The notes under the pieces were generated by a model. It did no database searches. It saw nothing but the letters and a program-made list of their open reading frames with translations, and was not told the DNA's origin. Shown piece after piece: positions 28,644-37,269 of a stretch of DNA of 64,000 nucleotides. Source of the DNA: Nitrospirota bacterium. GTDB taxonomy: Bacteria > Nitrospirota > UBA9217. The position numbers were made by a program, and so were the translations under genes. The stretch covers positions 1-64,000 of the forward strand of contig CAVVOB010000028.1 of assembly GCA_963749655.1 (NCBI GenBank), given 5' to 3'. The stretch's first letter is position 1, and the number at the start of each line of letters is the position of its first letter.

Positions 28644-29101
28644 CCCTCGCTTTCTATACCGAGTACAACAATAGGCACGGTAAGAGTAACCCGAAATATA
28701 TTTAATTCTTCTACAAAACGCTCATAGTTAGCTACGTTGCTGCCCAATGTTCTCGATAGTGTGCGCATTGGAATAATATATATCGCGACAACTATACGAC
28801 CATTACGAAATAGTGTTTCAAGCTTTAATAGATCAGCGTAAAAGCGACCCATATTGCCGGTTTGGAAACACAGGGCAATTCTATCCTTCATTGACGTGAC
28901 GCTTATTTTGGAATTCTCGTGAATTCTCACCGAATCCGACCAACCCAGTTTTTTAAGGTGACCGAGAATTTCATGCCTAAGTTTTGCAGCGCGCAAGTTT
29001 GAACGATGTTTGAAGCGACTCAGAGTTGAAGTGACCTCTTCATCTATTACTGATGAAATCACACGATCTGCAGACATATGTGAGTATCTGGTAATTTTCA
29101 C
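28640..29101 (-). CDS. BglII/BstYI-like restriction endonuclease-fold protein (divergent active site)
   Basis: LGW, CFQTGNMGRFYADLLKL, SNVANYER, VPIVVLGI. Confidence 0.65.
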   Translation of the reverse strand: MKITRYSHMSADRVISSVIDEEVTSTLSRFKHRSNLRAAKLRHEILGHLKKLGWSDSVRIHENSKISVTSMKDRIALCFQTGNMGRFYADLLKLETLFRNGRIVVAIYIIPMRTLSRTLGSNVANYERFVEELNIFRVTLTVPIVVLGIESEG

Positions 29102-29113
29102 GGAAATTTATAA

Positions 29114-30100
29114 TTACCTCTGTGGTGGTATCGAAAGCTTAGAAGTCGTATGATCATAAATTGGTTTTGCATGAGAACGATATTTTGCTTCACCCTTAAG
29201 GGCTTGATTAATCCTGTCCTTGGCCAGCTTCACATATTCCGTCATTACCTCGGCACCCCAAAACCGACGATCATGTAGAGCAGCAGCCACGCCAGAGGAT
29301 CCAACACCTGAAAATGGATCAAATACAATATCCCCTTTGTTTGTCAGTGACAGAATCAGCCGTTCTATCAGACCAACTGGAAATTGGCAGGGGTGGCTTG
29401 TCTTTTCGACATGATTACTCTTGACATTCGGTATTTCCCAAATTTCATCGGGGAAATCCCAAATATCTTCTGGATTCTTTCCAAGAGGATTACTGCTATA
29501 TTCGCCGGCTTTTGGCCCTTTATAGTGTCGTTTTGCTGGGTACTTCGACGGAATGCGTATTGCATCAAGATTGAACACATATTCGTCGCCCTTCGTATAC
29601 CACAAAACAACTTCATAGCGGCCACTAAAACGTTTTTTGCTATGTAGACCATGACCAAATTTCCAGATAATTCTATTTCGTAATTTAAGCCCGTGCTTAG
29701 CAAACAACGGATGCAAAAGAATATCTAAAGGTATGATGTGTCCGTTATTCACATAGTTGCCAACTTGCCAACACACGCTGGCATTTTGTTTCACTCTTGG
29801 TAATATTTTTGAAATTATTTTATCTTGCCATGATAAATAGGCATCAAGCGAGGTCTTGCTTTCATACTCCTTGCCAAGATTATATGGTGGTGACGTAACA
29901 ACCAAATCAAATAGTGGCGTTGACGGTAACCTGTCTAGGAAGGCGTTTACATCTCCGTTCCAGATCATATATGGCTCATCTGTGGAAATGCAAGCGTCTT
30001 TACTATACAGAGAGCTGTTGGGCCTATATATAGACACGGTTTTTTTTCTCTCGCTTTTGATTTTTTTATTCATATCGTTATGATGAGCTCTCTTAAGCAA
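29114..30100 (-). CDS. Beta-class N4C/N6A DNA methyltransferase
   Basis: VTSPPY precedes HPCQFP and DPFSGVGS. Confidence 0.92.
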   Translation of the reverse strand: MLKRAHHNDMNKKIKSERKKTVSIYRPNSSLYSKDACISTDEPYMIWNGDVNAFLDRLPSTPLFDLVVTSPPYNLGKEYESKTSLDAYLSWQDKIISKILPRVKQNASVCWQVGNYVNNGHIIPLDILLHPLFAKHGLKLRNRIIWKFGHGLHSKKRFSGRYEVVLWYTKGDEYVFNLDAIRIPSKYPAKRHYKGPKAGEYSSNPLGKNPEDIWDFPDEIWEIPNVKSNHVEKTSHPCQFPVGLIERLILSLTNKGDIVFDPFSGVGSSGVAAALHDRRFWGAEVMTEYVKLAKDRINQALKGEAKYRSHAKPIYDHTTSKLSIPPQR

Positions 30101-30133
30101 TCAGCGCTTTGCCAGTTATGGCGAATCAATCTC

Positions 30134-30481
30134 TTACATCTTCGAGTATTTCTTTGCCGATCCCTTCGCCTTCTCCACCGGATACTTCGCTTCATTCATC
30201 GCGATTTTCTTTTCCACTTCCGTCAGCAAGTCGATCTTATATTCCTCGCTGAGATAGGTGAGAAAGATAAAGATGTCGGCCAGTTCTTCTTTTACGTTCT
30301 TGAGTTCTTCTGCGGTGAGATTGCGGGACTGCTCGGTCGTCTTCCAGAGGAAGTTTTCAAGCAGCTCCCCCGCTTCAATGGAGAGGGCTTCGGCGAGGTT
30401 CTTGGGATCGTGGAATTGCGCCCAGTCACGCTCGTTCCGGAATGAGATGATCTTTTTCTGGATTGCTTCTAAATCAGCCAT
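30134..30481 (-). CDS. MazG-like nucleotide pyrophosphohydrolase
   Basis: ERDWAQFHDPKNLA, EAGELLE, EELAD, KYP. Confidence 0.92.
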   Translation of the reverse strand: MADLEAIQKKIISFRNERDWAQFHDPKNLAEALSIEAGELLENFLWKTTEQSRNLTAEELKNVKEELADIFIFLTYLSEEYKIDLLTEVEKKIAMNEAKYPVEKAKGSAKKYSKM

Positions 30482-30568
30482 GCCCCTCCCCGACTGCTAT
30501 TAATCCCATAATAATTCAGAACTTTACTACAGGTAGTCGAAAATGTCCAGAAAAGATAGGCTGACGAC

Positions 30569-31186
30569 TTAATCCACCTTTCTGTCAACTTTGCCGAAAA
30601 GCTGATTGATGATATCAGCGCAGATTGCCAATGTAACAACACCAGTAGGATATAGAATGTTGCTCCCGTGCGCAAAGTTATTTCTAAAATACGGTAGCGA
30701 ATCGGCCAGTATTTTACAATACGCTTGAAGATTGTCTGTGTCCGGATCATGCTCTTTATCCTGTGGCCTGTAACTGTCTGCGGCTGTTCGTTGTATCAAT
30801 GTTTCTTGTGATACCGGGTAATACTTGAAACCGCTGTCCTGAATCCATTTATTCTGAATTGCAATATTCAAAAGAGATTTGAGACCGGCGCGCTTCTTTC
30901 CACTCTTGATCTTGAGTGCGAATTCCACTGAAGCAATGGCGTGAAGTTCTGCTACAGGTCCGAATCGATAGACAAACCAGTTGTAGAGATAAAGATTGCG
31001 TGCTGTATCAAAATGAACACGTATATCCTCTGGTACTTCTGGCAAAAGGACAATTTCTTCTATTTCCGAATAATGATGTTGGAGTGTTTTTTGTCGAGCC
31101 GCGCCAGTTTCTCGATTAACGAGAAGATACGAGCCCTGAACTCCATCGGGGATAAAAAGCTTATCAAAAGGTTTCAGGCTATTCAT
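30569..31186 (-). CDS. HEPN-like protein
   Basis: FRNNFAHG (RX4H); SVEFALK. Confidence 0.65.
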   Translation of the reverse strand: MNSLKPFDKLFIPDGVQGSYLLVNRETGAARQKTLQHHYSEIEEIVLLPEVPEDIRVHFDTARNLYLYNWFVYRFGPVAELHAIASVEFALKIKSGKKRAGLKSLLNIAIQNKWIQDSGFKYYPVSQETLIQRTAADSYRPQDKEHDPDTDNLQAYCKILADSLPYFRNNFAHGSNILYPTGVVTLAICADIINQLFGKVDRKVD

Positions 31187-31205
31187 AGCGCACCATTTGC
31201 ATTAC

Positions 31206-32420
31206 TCAACCCGCCATTTTCGGGAACGGCAGGATCTTCGCCCCTGCTTTGATTTCATCCAGATAATCGCTCCAGAGCTGCATCATCTTCTTCCGCTCAT
31301 CCAGGTGCGCCGTTCGGTTGTATGCGCGGCCATTCGGATCGCGCACAGCGTGTGCAAGCTGGTGCTCGATGTACTCGGGCCGGACGTGGAGCACCTCGTC
31401 GAGGATGGTGCGGGCCATGGCCCGGAAACCGTGGCCGGTCATTTCGTCCTTGTCATATCCCATGCGCCGCAGCGCGGCAAGGATCGCGTTGTTGCTCATC
31501 GGGCGCTGGTTCGTGCGAGGGCTCGGAAACACATACTTGCTGCGGCCGGTCAGCGGCTGGAGGGATTGAAGCACTTCGACCGCCTGGCGCGACAGCGGCA
31601 CGATGTGGGGCAGCCTCATCTTCATCTTTTCAGCCGGGATCGACCAGATGCCCGCCTCGAGGTCGAACTCGGCCCATTCAGCGTTCCGCAGTTCTCCGGG
31701 CCGGACAAAGAACATGCCCGCGAGCTGCAGCGCGGACTTGACCACGAATGAACCCTGATACCCGTCGATCGCGCGGAGCAGGGCGGCAACATCCTTCGGG
31801 TCCGTCAGCGCCGCAAGATGGGTTTTCGCTGCCGGCGGCAGCGCGCCCTTGAGGTCGTAGGAGCAGTCACGCTCCGCCCTGCCCGTCGCAACGGCGTAGC
31901 GGAAGACCTGGCCGCAGATGCTCTTTACGCGGTGGGCCGTTTCCAACGCCCCCCGGGACTCCACGCGCCGAAGAACCGTCAGCAGCTCCGGCGCTTTGAT
32001 CTCGGCGATGGGCCGCTCCCCGATCCAGGGGAAGGCGTCCCGCTCCAGCCGCTTAATGGTGGTCTCGGCGTGGACCGGCGTCCAGCGGGGAGAGAACTTC
32101 TCGTGCCACTCCCGCGCAATAACCTCGAAGCTGTTCTCCACCTGGCCCCGCGCCGCCTTCTGTGCCTTGCGGACCTCTCCGGGGTCTATGCCGTTGGCGA
32201 CCTGCTTTCGTGCAGTGTCACGCCGCTCCCGCGCATCAATAAGGGATATCTCCGGGTAGGTGCCGAGGGAGATCAGTTTCTCCTTATCTTCGAAGCGGTA
32301 CTTGAAGCGCCACCACTTCCCGCCGTTGGCAGCGATTTGCAGATAAAGGCCCTGGCCGTCGTTCAGCTTGTAGGGCTTGTCCTTAGCCTTCGCGCTCTTG
32401 ACCTTTATATCTGATAACAC
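31206..32420 (-). CDS. P4-like tyrosine integrase
   Basis: Arm domain DGQGLYL...GTYPEISL; RPGEL, KMK, HGFR, QLAH, AYNR. Confidence 0.96.
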   Translation of the reverse strand: MLSDIKVKSAKAKDKPYKLNDGQGLYLQIAANGGKWWRFKYRFEDKEKLISLGTYPEISLIDARERRDTARKQVANGIDPGEVRKAQKAARGQVENSFEVIAREWHEKFSPRWTPVHAETTIKRLERDAFPWIGERPIAEIKAPELLTVLRRVESRGALETAHRVKSICGQVFRYAVATGRAERDCSYDLKGALPPAAKTHLAALTDPKDVAALLRAIDGYQGSFVVKSALQLAGMFFVRPGELRNAEWAEFDLEAGIWSIPAEKMKMRLPHIVPLSRQAVEVLQSLQPLTGRSKYVFPSPRTNQRPMSNNAILAALRRMGYDKDEMTGHGFRAMARTILDEVLHVRPEYIEHQLAHAVRDPNGRAYNRTAHLDERKKMMQLWSDYLDEIKAGAKILPFPKMAG

Positions 32421-32439
32421 AGGGGAAACTCCTTATATT

Positions 32440-32500
32440 GGGGTAACTGCCTTTTTAGCCAGTTCAGTTACCCCTAAAGTTACCCCAAAGTTACCCCAAA
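32440..32500. repeat. Integrase arm-type repeats (GTTACCCC x3 plus one inverted)
   Basis: gttacccctaaagttaccccaaagttacccc; ggggtaac at 32440. Confidence 0.75.
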
Positions 32501-32542
32501 TGTCAAGAAATCAGTGAAGACCACCACGGACGCATAAATAAG

Positions 32543-32569
32543 AAAAGCCCCTATTTTCAAGGGGCTTTT
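32543..32569 (-). terminator. Terminator downstream of tmRNA
   Basis: aaaagcccct-attttca-aggggctttt. Confidence 0.75.
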
Positions 32570-32600
32570 GCACTTCATTGGACTACCTTGGATTGTGAAA

Positions 32601-32953
32601 TGGTGGAGGCGGCGGGAATTGAACCCGCGTCCGAAAACCTTCAGCCGGAAGCTCATACATGCTTTTCCCCTCGTTTAAATCTCGCCTCTTCCAACGCCTC
32701 GGGGAGAGCTTTGGAATCGGCCAGCCCGGTATGTCTTATCTTACCGCCCCGGACGGAACGGAAAGACCAGCCCGAATTGTGACATCCCTTCGACCGCTCG
32801 GGCGGCAGCCGGGAGACGCGCGACCTAGTTAATTAGGCTGCGTATGCCAGTTCGTTATTGGCAGTTGTGTTTTGCCATGTGTTTAACGAGACCCCATGGC
32901 ACCTCGGCATGCAACTCCTGACCTCCGTGTCCCCGTCGAAGCCTGTCGCCCCC
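32601..32953 (-). ncRNA. ssrA: tmRNA; tag peptide ANNELAYAA
   Basis: 5' GGGGGCG pairs with CGCCTCC-ACCA 3' (G3.U); T-arm GGTTCAATTCC; GCCAATAACGAACTGGCATACGCAGCCTAA. Confidence 0.96.
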
Positions 32954-33119
32954 TTTCTTTAACTGCAATTTTGAGTTTCGAGTGTCGGGTAAATGAAACT
33001 GGAATTCGGAAGATATCTTAACTGAGTGAGTTTGAATTTTCAGTTCAAGACCAAAACTCACACCTGAACTCAAAACTCTAACTCACTAGACTAATATATG
33101 TACCCTATTCACCCTTGAT

Positions 33120-33416
33120 TCAACAGTCTTTCCGCATCGCATCGGAAACCCCGCTGATCCTGACGATCTTGTTCTTTGCGGTGTGGCCCGAGACGATCTC
33201 CACCTGCGACTTGGCCACTGAAAAGGTATCGGCAAGAAATCGGATGAGCGCCTCGTTTGCCGCGCCGTCTACGGGCGGAGCCGTGAGCCTGATCTTGAGC
33301 CCCCCGTCTTCCATCGCGACGATCTCGTTCTTCGATGCCCGGGGCTGGATGCGGACGGTCAGCGTGGCCGAGGGTCCGGCGTCACGATCCCTGGGCAGGT
33401 TCTTCCTTGGCTTCAA
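33120..33416 (-). CDS. yggU: DUF167 / YggU protein
   Basis: VRIQPRAS, APPVDGAAN, SGHTAKNK. Confidence 0.88.
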   Translation of the reverse strand: MKPRKNLPRDRDAGPSATLTVRIQPRASKNEIVAMEDGGLKIRLTAPPVDGAANEALIRFLADTFSVAKSQVEIVSGHTAKNKIVRISGVSDAMRKDC

Positions 33417-33877
33417 CGCCGCCCTCCTCGAACGCGATCATCTCCTGGTGCATCTGCATGACCTTTTTGAGGTCGAGCAGGAACTGATGCTTGCGCCGCT
33501 TCAGCTCCTGGATTTCCGATTCAAACCGCAGCTTCTCCTGCTGGGCATTGCCGATGATCTGATGGCTGCGGATGTCCGCGTCCTTGATGATCAATGCGGC
33601 TTCCCGGCGCGCATTGTCCTTCTGGTCCTCCATGAGCTTCTGGGTCATGAGCATGGTGTTCTTGACGGTATCCTCTTTTTCGTTGAGCTCCCGCAGGCGC
33701 AGATCATAGGACGGCTTTGAACTCCCGCAGGTCCGTCACTTCCCGCACCAGGCCTTCCATTTCATCGCGGACCAGGTCGAGGAACATCTCGACCTCGGTT
33801 TTATCGAACCCGCGGAACCCCACGTGGAACCTCTTTTGCTGAATATCGAGGGGCGTTACCTTTATGCCGTTGCCCAT
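33382..33877 (-). CDS. divIVA: DivIVA-domain protein (frameshift ~33715)
   Basis: VTPLDIQQKRF...RGFDKTEVEMFL followed by coiled coil. Confidence 0.85.
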
Positions 33878-33913
33878 GCCTGGACCTCCTTCTCGGAGCT
33901 GATATTTTCGAGC

Positions 33914-34213
33914 CTATCCCATCGCATGCCCGATGCGGTAGAGGGTGTTGATCAATGCATACTGCAGGAACATGATGATGAGGATCGCGATCAGCGGCGA
34001 AAAGTCTATCCCGACCCGATGGGGCGGCACAAGCTTCCGGATCGGCCGCAGGACCGGCTCGGTCATCCTGGCCAGGATCTGCACAATGGGATTGTAGGGG
34101 TCCGGGTTCACCCATGAGATGAGCGCACGGATGATGACTACCCACATGTAGATGTTCAGCACTACGTCAAGCACCTTGGCGATTCCCAGAATGATGTTTC
34201 CGAAAACGAACAT
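33914..34213 (-). CDS. yggT: YggT membrane protein
   Basis: ISWVNPDPYNP, TEPVLRPIR, IDFSP. Confidence 0.92.
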   Translation of the reverse strand: MFVFGNIILGIAKVLDVVLNIYMWVVIIRALISWVNPDPYNPIVQILARMTEPVLRPIRKLVPPHRVGIDFSPLIAILIIMFLQYALINTLYRIGHAMG

Positions 34214-34239
34214 GGAGCCTCCCTTGAAATCAGTCAGTA

Positions 34240-34309
34240 GTGAGGTATGAGAAGTGAGGGGTTACCCCTTACTCCTTACTCCTTACTCCTTACTCCTCAC
34301 GCCTTACGG
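34240..34309. repeat. Heptamer (TTACTCC)n imperfect palindromic intergenic repeat
   Basis: gtgagg...gtgagggg arm followed by ttactcc x4. Confidence 0.7.
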
Positions 34310-34316
34310 CATTAAA

Positions 34317-35123
34317 TCATTTTCCCAGTTCCCTGCTCCTCGCCGTGGCCGCCTCCACTGCGTTCATGAGCGTTGCCCGGAGCTTGCCTTTTTCAAGCTC
34401 GTGGAGCCCCTCGATGGTCGTCCCTCCGGGCGAGGTGACCATGTCCCTCAGCTTCCCGGGGTGCTCTTTTGTTTCGAGCACCATTTTGGCCGAGCCGTAC
34501 ACGGTCTGCGCGGCAAGCTCGAGTGCAAGCGGCCGGGGCAGCCCTGCCTTGACGCCTGCGTCGGAAAGTGCGTCGATGATCATGAACACATACGCAGGCC
34601 CGCTCCCTGAAAGGCCGGTCACGGCGTCCATGAGCTTTTCCTCGACAATGACGGACCTGCCGACTGCATTGAAGATGCTCTGCGCAACGGCGATGTCGTC
34701 CTGACCTGCTTTCGGTCCGGCGGCAATGCCGGCGGCGCCGGCGAGCACCAGTGCGGGCGTATTCGGCATGACGCGGATGATCCGGGGGCCCTGGGCAAGC
34801 AGTTTCTCGATGCGGCCTGTCGTCACGCCCGCGGCAATGGATATAATGAGTTTTGTTCCATCAGCAGCGCCGCTGATCTCCTTCAGGACTGAATCCATCA
34901 CCTGGGGTTTCACGCACAAAAGCACGATCCCGGCTGCCTTGACCGCCGCCGCGTTGCTTGTTTCGATGCCGATGTTATACCGCTTCAGGGACTCCAGCCG
35001 GTCTTTTGACGCGTCCGTCACGATCATCTGACCGGACTTGGCCACATCAGCGGCCAGCATGCCCTTGATGAGGGCCTCGGCCATGTTTCCGCCGCCGATG
35101 AATGCGATCTTTTCCTTAATCAT
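34317..35123 (-). CDS. proC: Pyrroline-5-carboxylate reductase
   Basis: GGGNMA, RVMPNTP, SGSGPAY, VTSPGGTT. Confidence 0.97.
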   Translation of the reverse strand: MIKEKIAFIGGGNMAEALIKGMLAADVAKSGQMIVTDASKDRLESLKRYNIGIETSNAAAVKAAGIVLLCVKPQVMDSVLKEISGAADGTKLIISIAAGVTTGRIEKLLAQGPRIIRVMPNTPALVLAGAAGIAAGPKAGQDDIAVAQSIFNAVGRSVIVEEKLMDAVTGLSGSGPAYVFMIIDALSDAGVKAGLPRPLALELAAQTVYGSAKMVLETKEHPGKLRDMVTSPGGTTIEGLHELEKGKLRATLMNAVEAATARSRELGK

Positions 35124-35141
35124 GATTCAACACCTCGAAAC

Positions 35142-35351
35142 AAGTTTTGAGTTCTGAATTTTGAGTTCTTAGTTAACACCCGCAGTTCAAGACTCGAAAC
35201 ACCAACTCAAAACTAAAAACTCAAAACTAAAAACTGCCTCAATAGCTCCTCTACAAAGTTTTGAGTTGTGAATTTTGAGTTCTTAGTTAACACCCGTAGT
35301 TCAAGACTCGAAACACCAACTCAAAACTAAAAACTCAAAACTAAAAACTGC
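35142..35351. repeat. Two near-identical 96-bp palindromic units (TTTTGAGTT / AACTCAAAA family)
   Basis: 35142-35237 and 35256-35351; related copies ~32965-33085, 48570-48725, 54170-54350. Confidence 0.85.
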
Positions 35352-35352
35352 T

Positions 35353-36039
35353 TTATATTCGTTTCCCGAATATCGCCGTGCCCACCCGGACCATGGTCGC
35401 GCCTTCTTCGACAGCGACTTCGAAATCGCCGCTCATGCCCATGGACAGCTCCTTCATGTTCACGTTGGGGATGTTCTCCTTCCGGATGTCCTCCGCCAGC
35501 GTACGCAGCTTCCGGAAGTAGGGGCGCACGGCTTCGGGATCGTCAAGGAGGGGCGGAACGGTCATGATCCCCTGGACGGCGATGTTCCTGAGCTTTGCCG
35601 CTTCCTTCACCAGCTCGACGGCACGGCCGAAATCCACGCCGGCCTTCTGCTCTTCACCCGCGATACTCACCTCGATCAGAACGTTTTGCACCTTGCCGTT
35701 CTTTGCCGCCTGTTTGTCGATCTCCTTCGCAAGGTCGAGGTTGTCCACGGAATGGATGAGATCGAAAAGCTTCACGGCATATTTCGCCTTGTTCGACTGG
35801 AGATGGCCGATCAAATGCCAGGAGGCAATACTCCCCATCTTCTCGATCTTCTCCTTTGCCTCCTGGACGCGGTTCTCGCCCAGGACAACGGCGCCGGCCG
35901 CCACGGCCTCGCGGATTCTCTCGACCTCCACGGTCTTGGTCACGACGATCAGCCGCACGGACGAAGGCTCGCGGCCGGCACGCTTCGCCGCAGCGGCGAT
36001 CTTGTCCTGTATGGTCTTCAGGTTGTCTGCGATGGACAT
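35353..36039 (-). CDS. yggS: PLP homeostasis protein
   Basis: VTKT, GENRVQE, WHLIGHLQSNK, LSMGMSGDF, VRVGTAIFG. Confidence 0.95.
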   Translation of the reverse strand: MSIADNLKTIQDKIAAAAKRAGREPSSVRLIVVTKTVEVERIREAVAAGAVVLGENRVQEAKEKIEKMGSIASWHLIGHLQSNKAKYAVKLFDLIHSVDNLDLAKEIDKQAAKNGKVQNVLIEVSIAGEEQKAGVDFGRAVELVKEAAKLRNIAVQGIMTVPPLLDDPEAVRPYFRKLRTLAEDIRKENIPNVNMKELSMGMSGDFEVAVEEGATMVRVGTAIFGKRI

Positions 36040-36373
36040 TGTTGATCCCTTCAAGCAACTGCGATATAACCACCGGCGACTTCGTCGCACACGGTAAAAC
36101 AAGAAAACTCATTTTGAGTTCAAGTCTTATATCTATACGCAGTCCTGTTTCGTTTCTCTGTTTATTGAACGGTTCGACGTTCGGTTTCATGGTTACTTTC
36201 TTGCTCGCCCGAAGAAAGTAACGCAACCCTCGGACTCGGTCGCCTGCCTAAATTTCCGCATGGGTTCAGAATCCAGGACTTGCTTACTACACCAATTATG
36301 GACATAACTCAAAATTAAAACCGATAAATACCCTGTGCGTCCTCGCAGCGGACCCGTGGTTCGACATTCGGTA

Positions 36374-37129
36374 TTACGGTTTTATCATGATCGTTGACAG
36401 CATCCTGCCGGTCCGGCCTTCGCGTCGAAACGAATAGAACAGCTCGGCCCTGCAGCATGTGCAGAGACCGAAGGAATAGATGTTGGTTTCAGGCAGGCCT
36501 GCCTGGAGCAGCTCCATCCGGTTCAGTTTGGCCAGATCAAGGCTCCACCGGCCGTTCTCCCGGGGCGGCGCAACCTCTTTCCAGAAGGAGAACGCCTCCT
36601 TCACCGGCCCCATCACCGGGTCATCCACTTCGTAGCACTCCGGACCGATGGCCGGGCCGATGGCAGCGATCAGTTTGCGGGGATCGGAGCCGAACTCCGC
36701 TTGCATCCGTTCGACGGTTTTCTGCACGATCTTTTTGACCGTGCTCCGCCACCCGGCGTGCACCGACGCGACTGCGCGGGTTGCCGGGTCCGCGAGAAGG
36801 ATGGGGACGCAGTCCGCCGTTTCCACGCCGATTGCGAGCCCGCGCTCCTGCGTGATCATGGCATCCGCTTCCAAGGACCGCACTGCCCGGTAGTTCTCCT
36901 CCGTGACGCGGACGATCGCCTCTCCATGCACCTGGTTGATCGTGACGAGGCGGTCGGCGCTTATTCCGAAGGACTCTGCCACGGGTTTCCAATCGTCAGG
37001 CCCTTTGATCCCGGCAGTGCGGGCCCCGAGGCCGTTCTGGCGCGTGGTGAACGCGTATTGTACGAATCCCAGTTTCTCGAGGCCGAGGATGGCGAGACTG
37101 GTGCTGAGACGACTTACAGGCACGTTCAT
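36374..37129 (-). CDS. pgeF: PgeF/YfiH-family protein
   Basis: QVHG, TADCVPIL, HAGWR, GPAIGPECYEV, YSFRR. Confidence 0.93.
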   Translation of the reverse strand: MNVPVSRLSTSLAILGLEKLGFVQYAFTTRQNGLGARTAGIKGPDDWKPVAESFGISADRLVTINQVHGEAIVRVTEENYRAVRSLEADAMITQERGLAIGVETADCVPILLADPATRAVASVHAGWRSTVKKIVQKTVERMQAEFGSDPRKLIAAIGPAIGPECYEVDDPVMGPVKEAFSFWKEVAPPRENGRWSLDLAKLNRMELLQAGLPETNIYSFGLCTCCRAELFYSFRREGRTGRMLSTIMIKP

Positions 37130-37169
37130 GTGATTGTCGATCCGAAAGCGATGGCGCTCTGCTTTTTGC

Positions 37170-37242
37170 CGTCATTCCTGCGGAAGCAGGAATCCAGTGT
37201 TGCATAAAAAGTCTCTGGATTCCGGGTCAAGCCCGGAATGAC
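37170..37242. repeat. REP-like palindrome (GTCATTCC...GGAATGAC)
   Basis: gtcattcctgcggaagcaggaatcc...ggattccgg...cggaatgac; related copy 39227-39301. Confidence 0.75.
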
Positions 37243-37269
37243 GAGCTCGGAAGGATGGGCCCGATTCCC

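Larger units (their letters stand above)
865..32615. mobile_element. Integrative phage-like element / genomic island at ssrA (~31.7 kb)
   Basis: Integrase next to the tmRNA 3' end, att copy at 865-879, GTTACCCC arm repeats at both ends, AlpA/CI/rep/Sak4 genes, AT-rich cargo. Confidence 0.85.

Noticed and set aside
32601-32640. tRNA gene, or the ORF at 32588-32782
   Set aside because: This is the tRNA-like 3' domain of tmRNA; the ORF is its antisense shadow
35142-35351. CRISPR array
   Set aside because: Only two 96-bp units with an 18-bp gap, no unique spacer series and no cas genes
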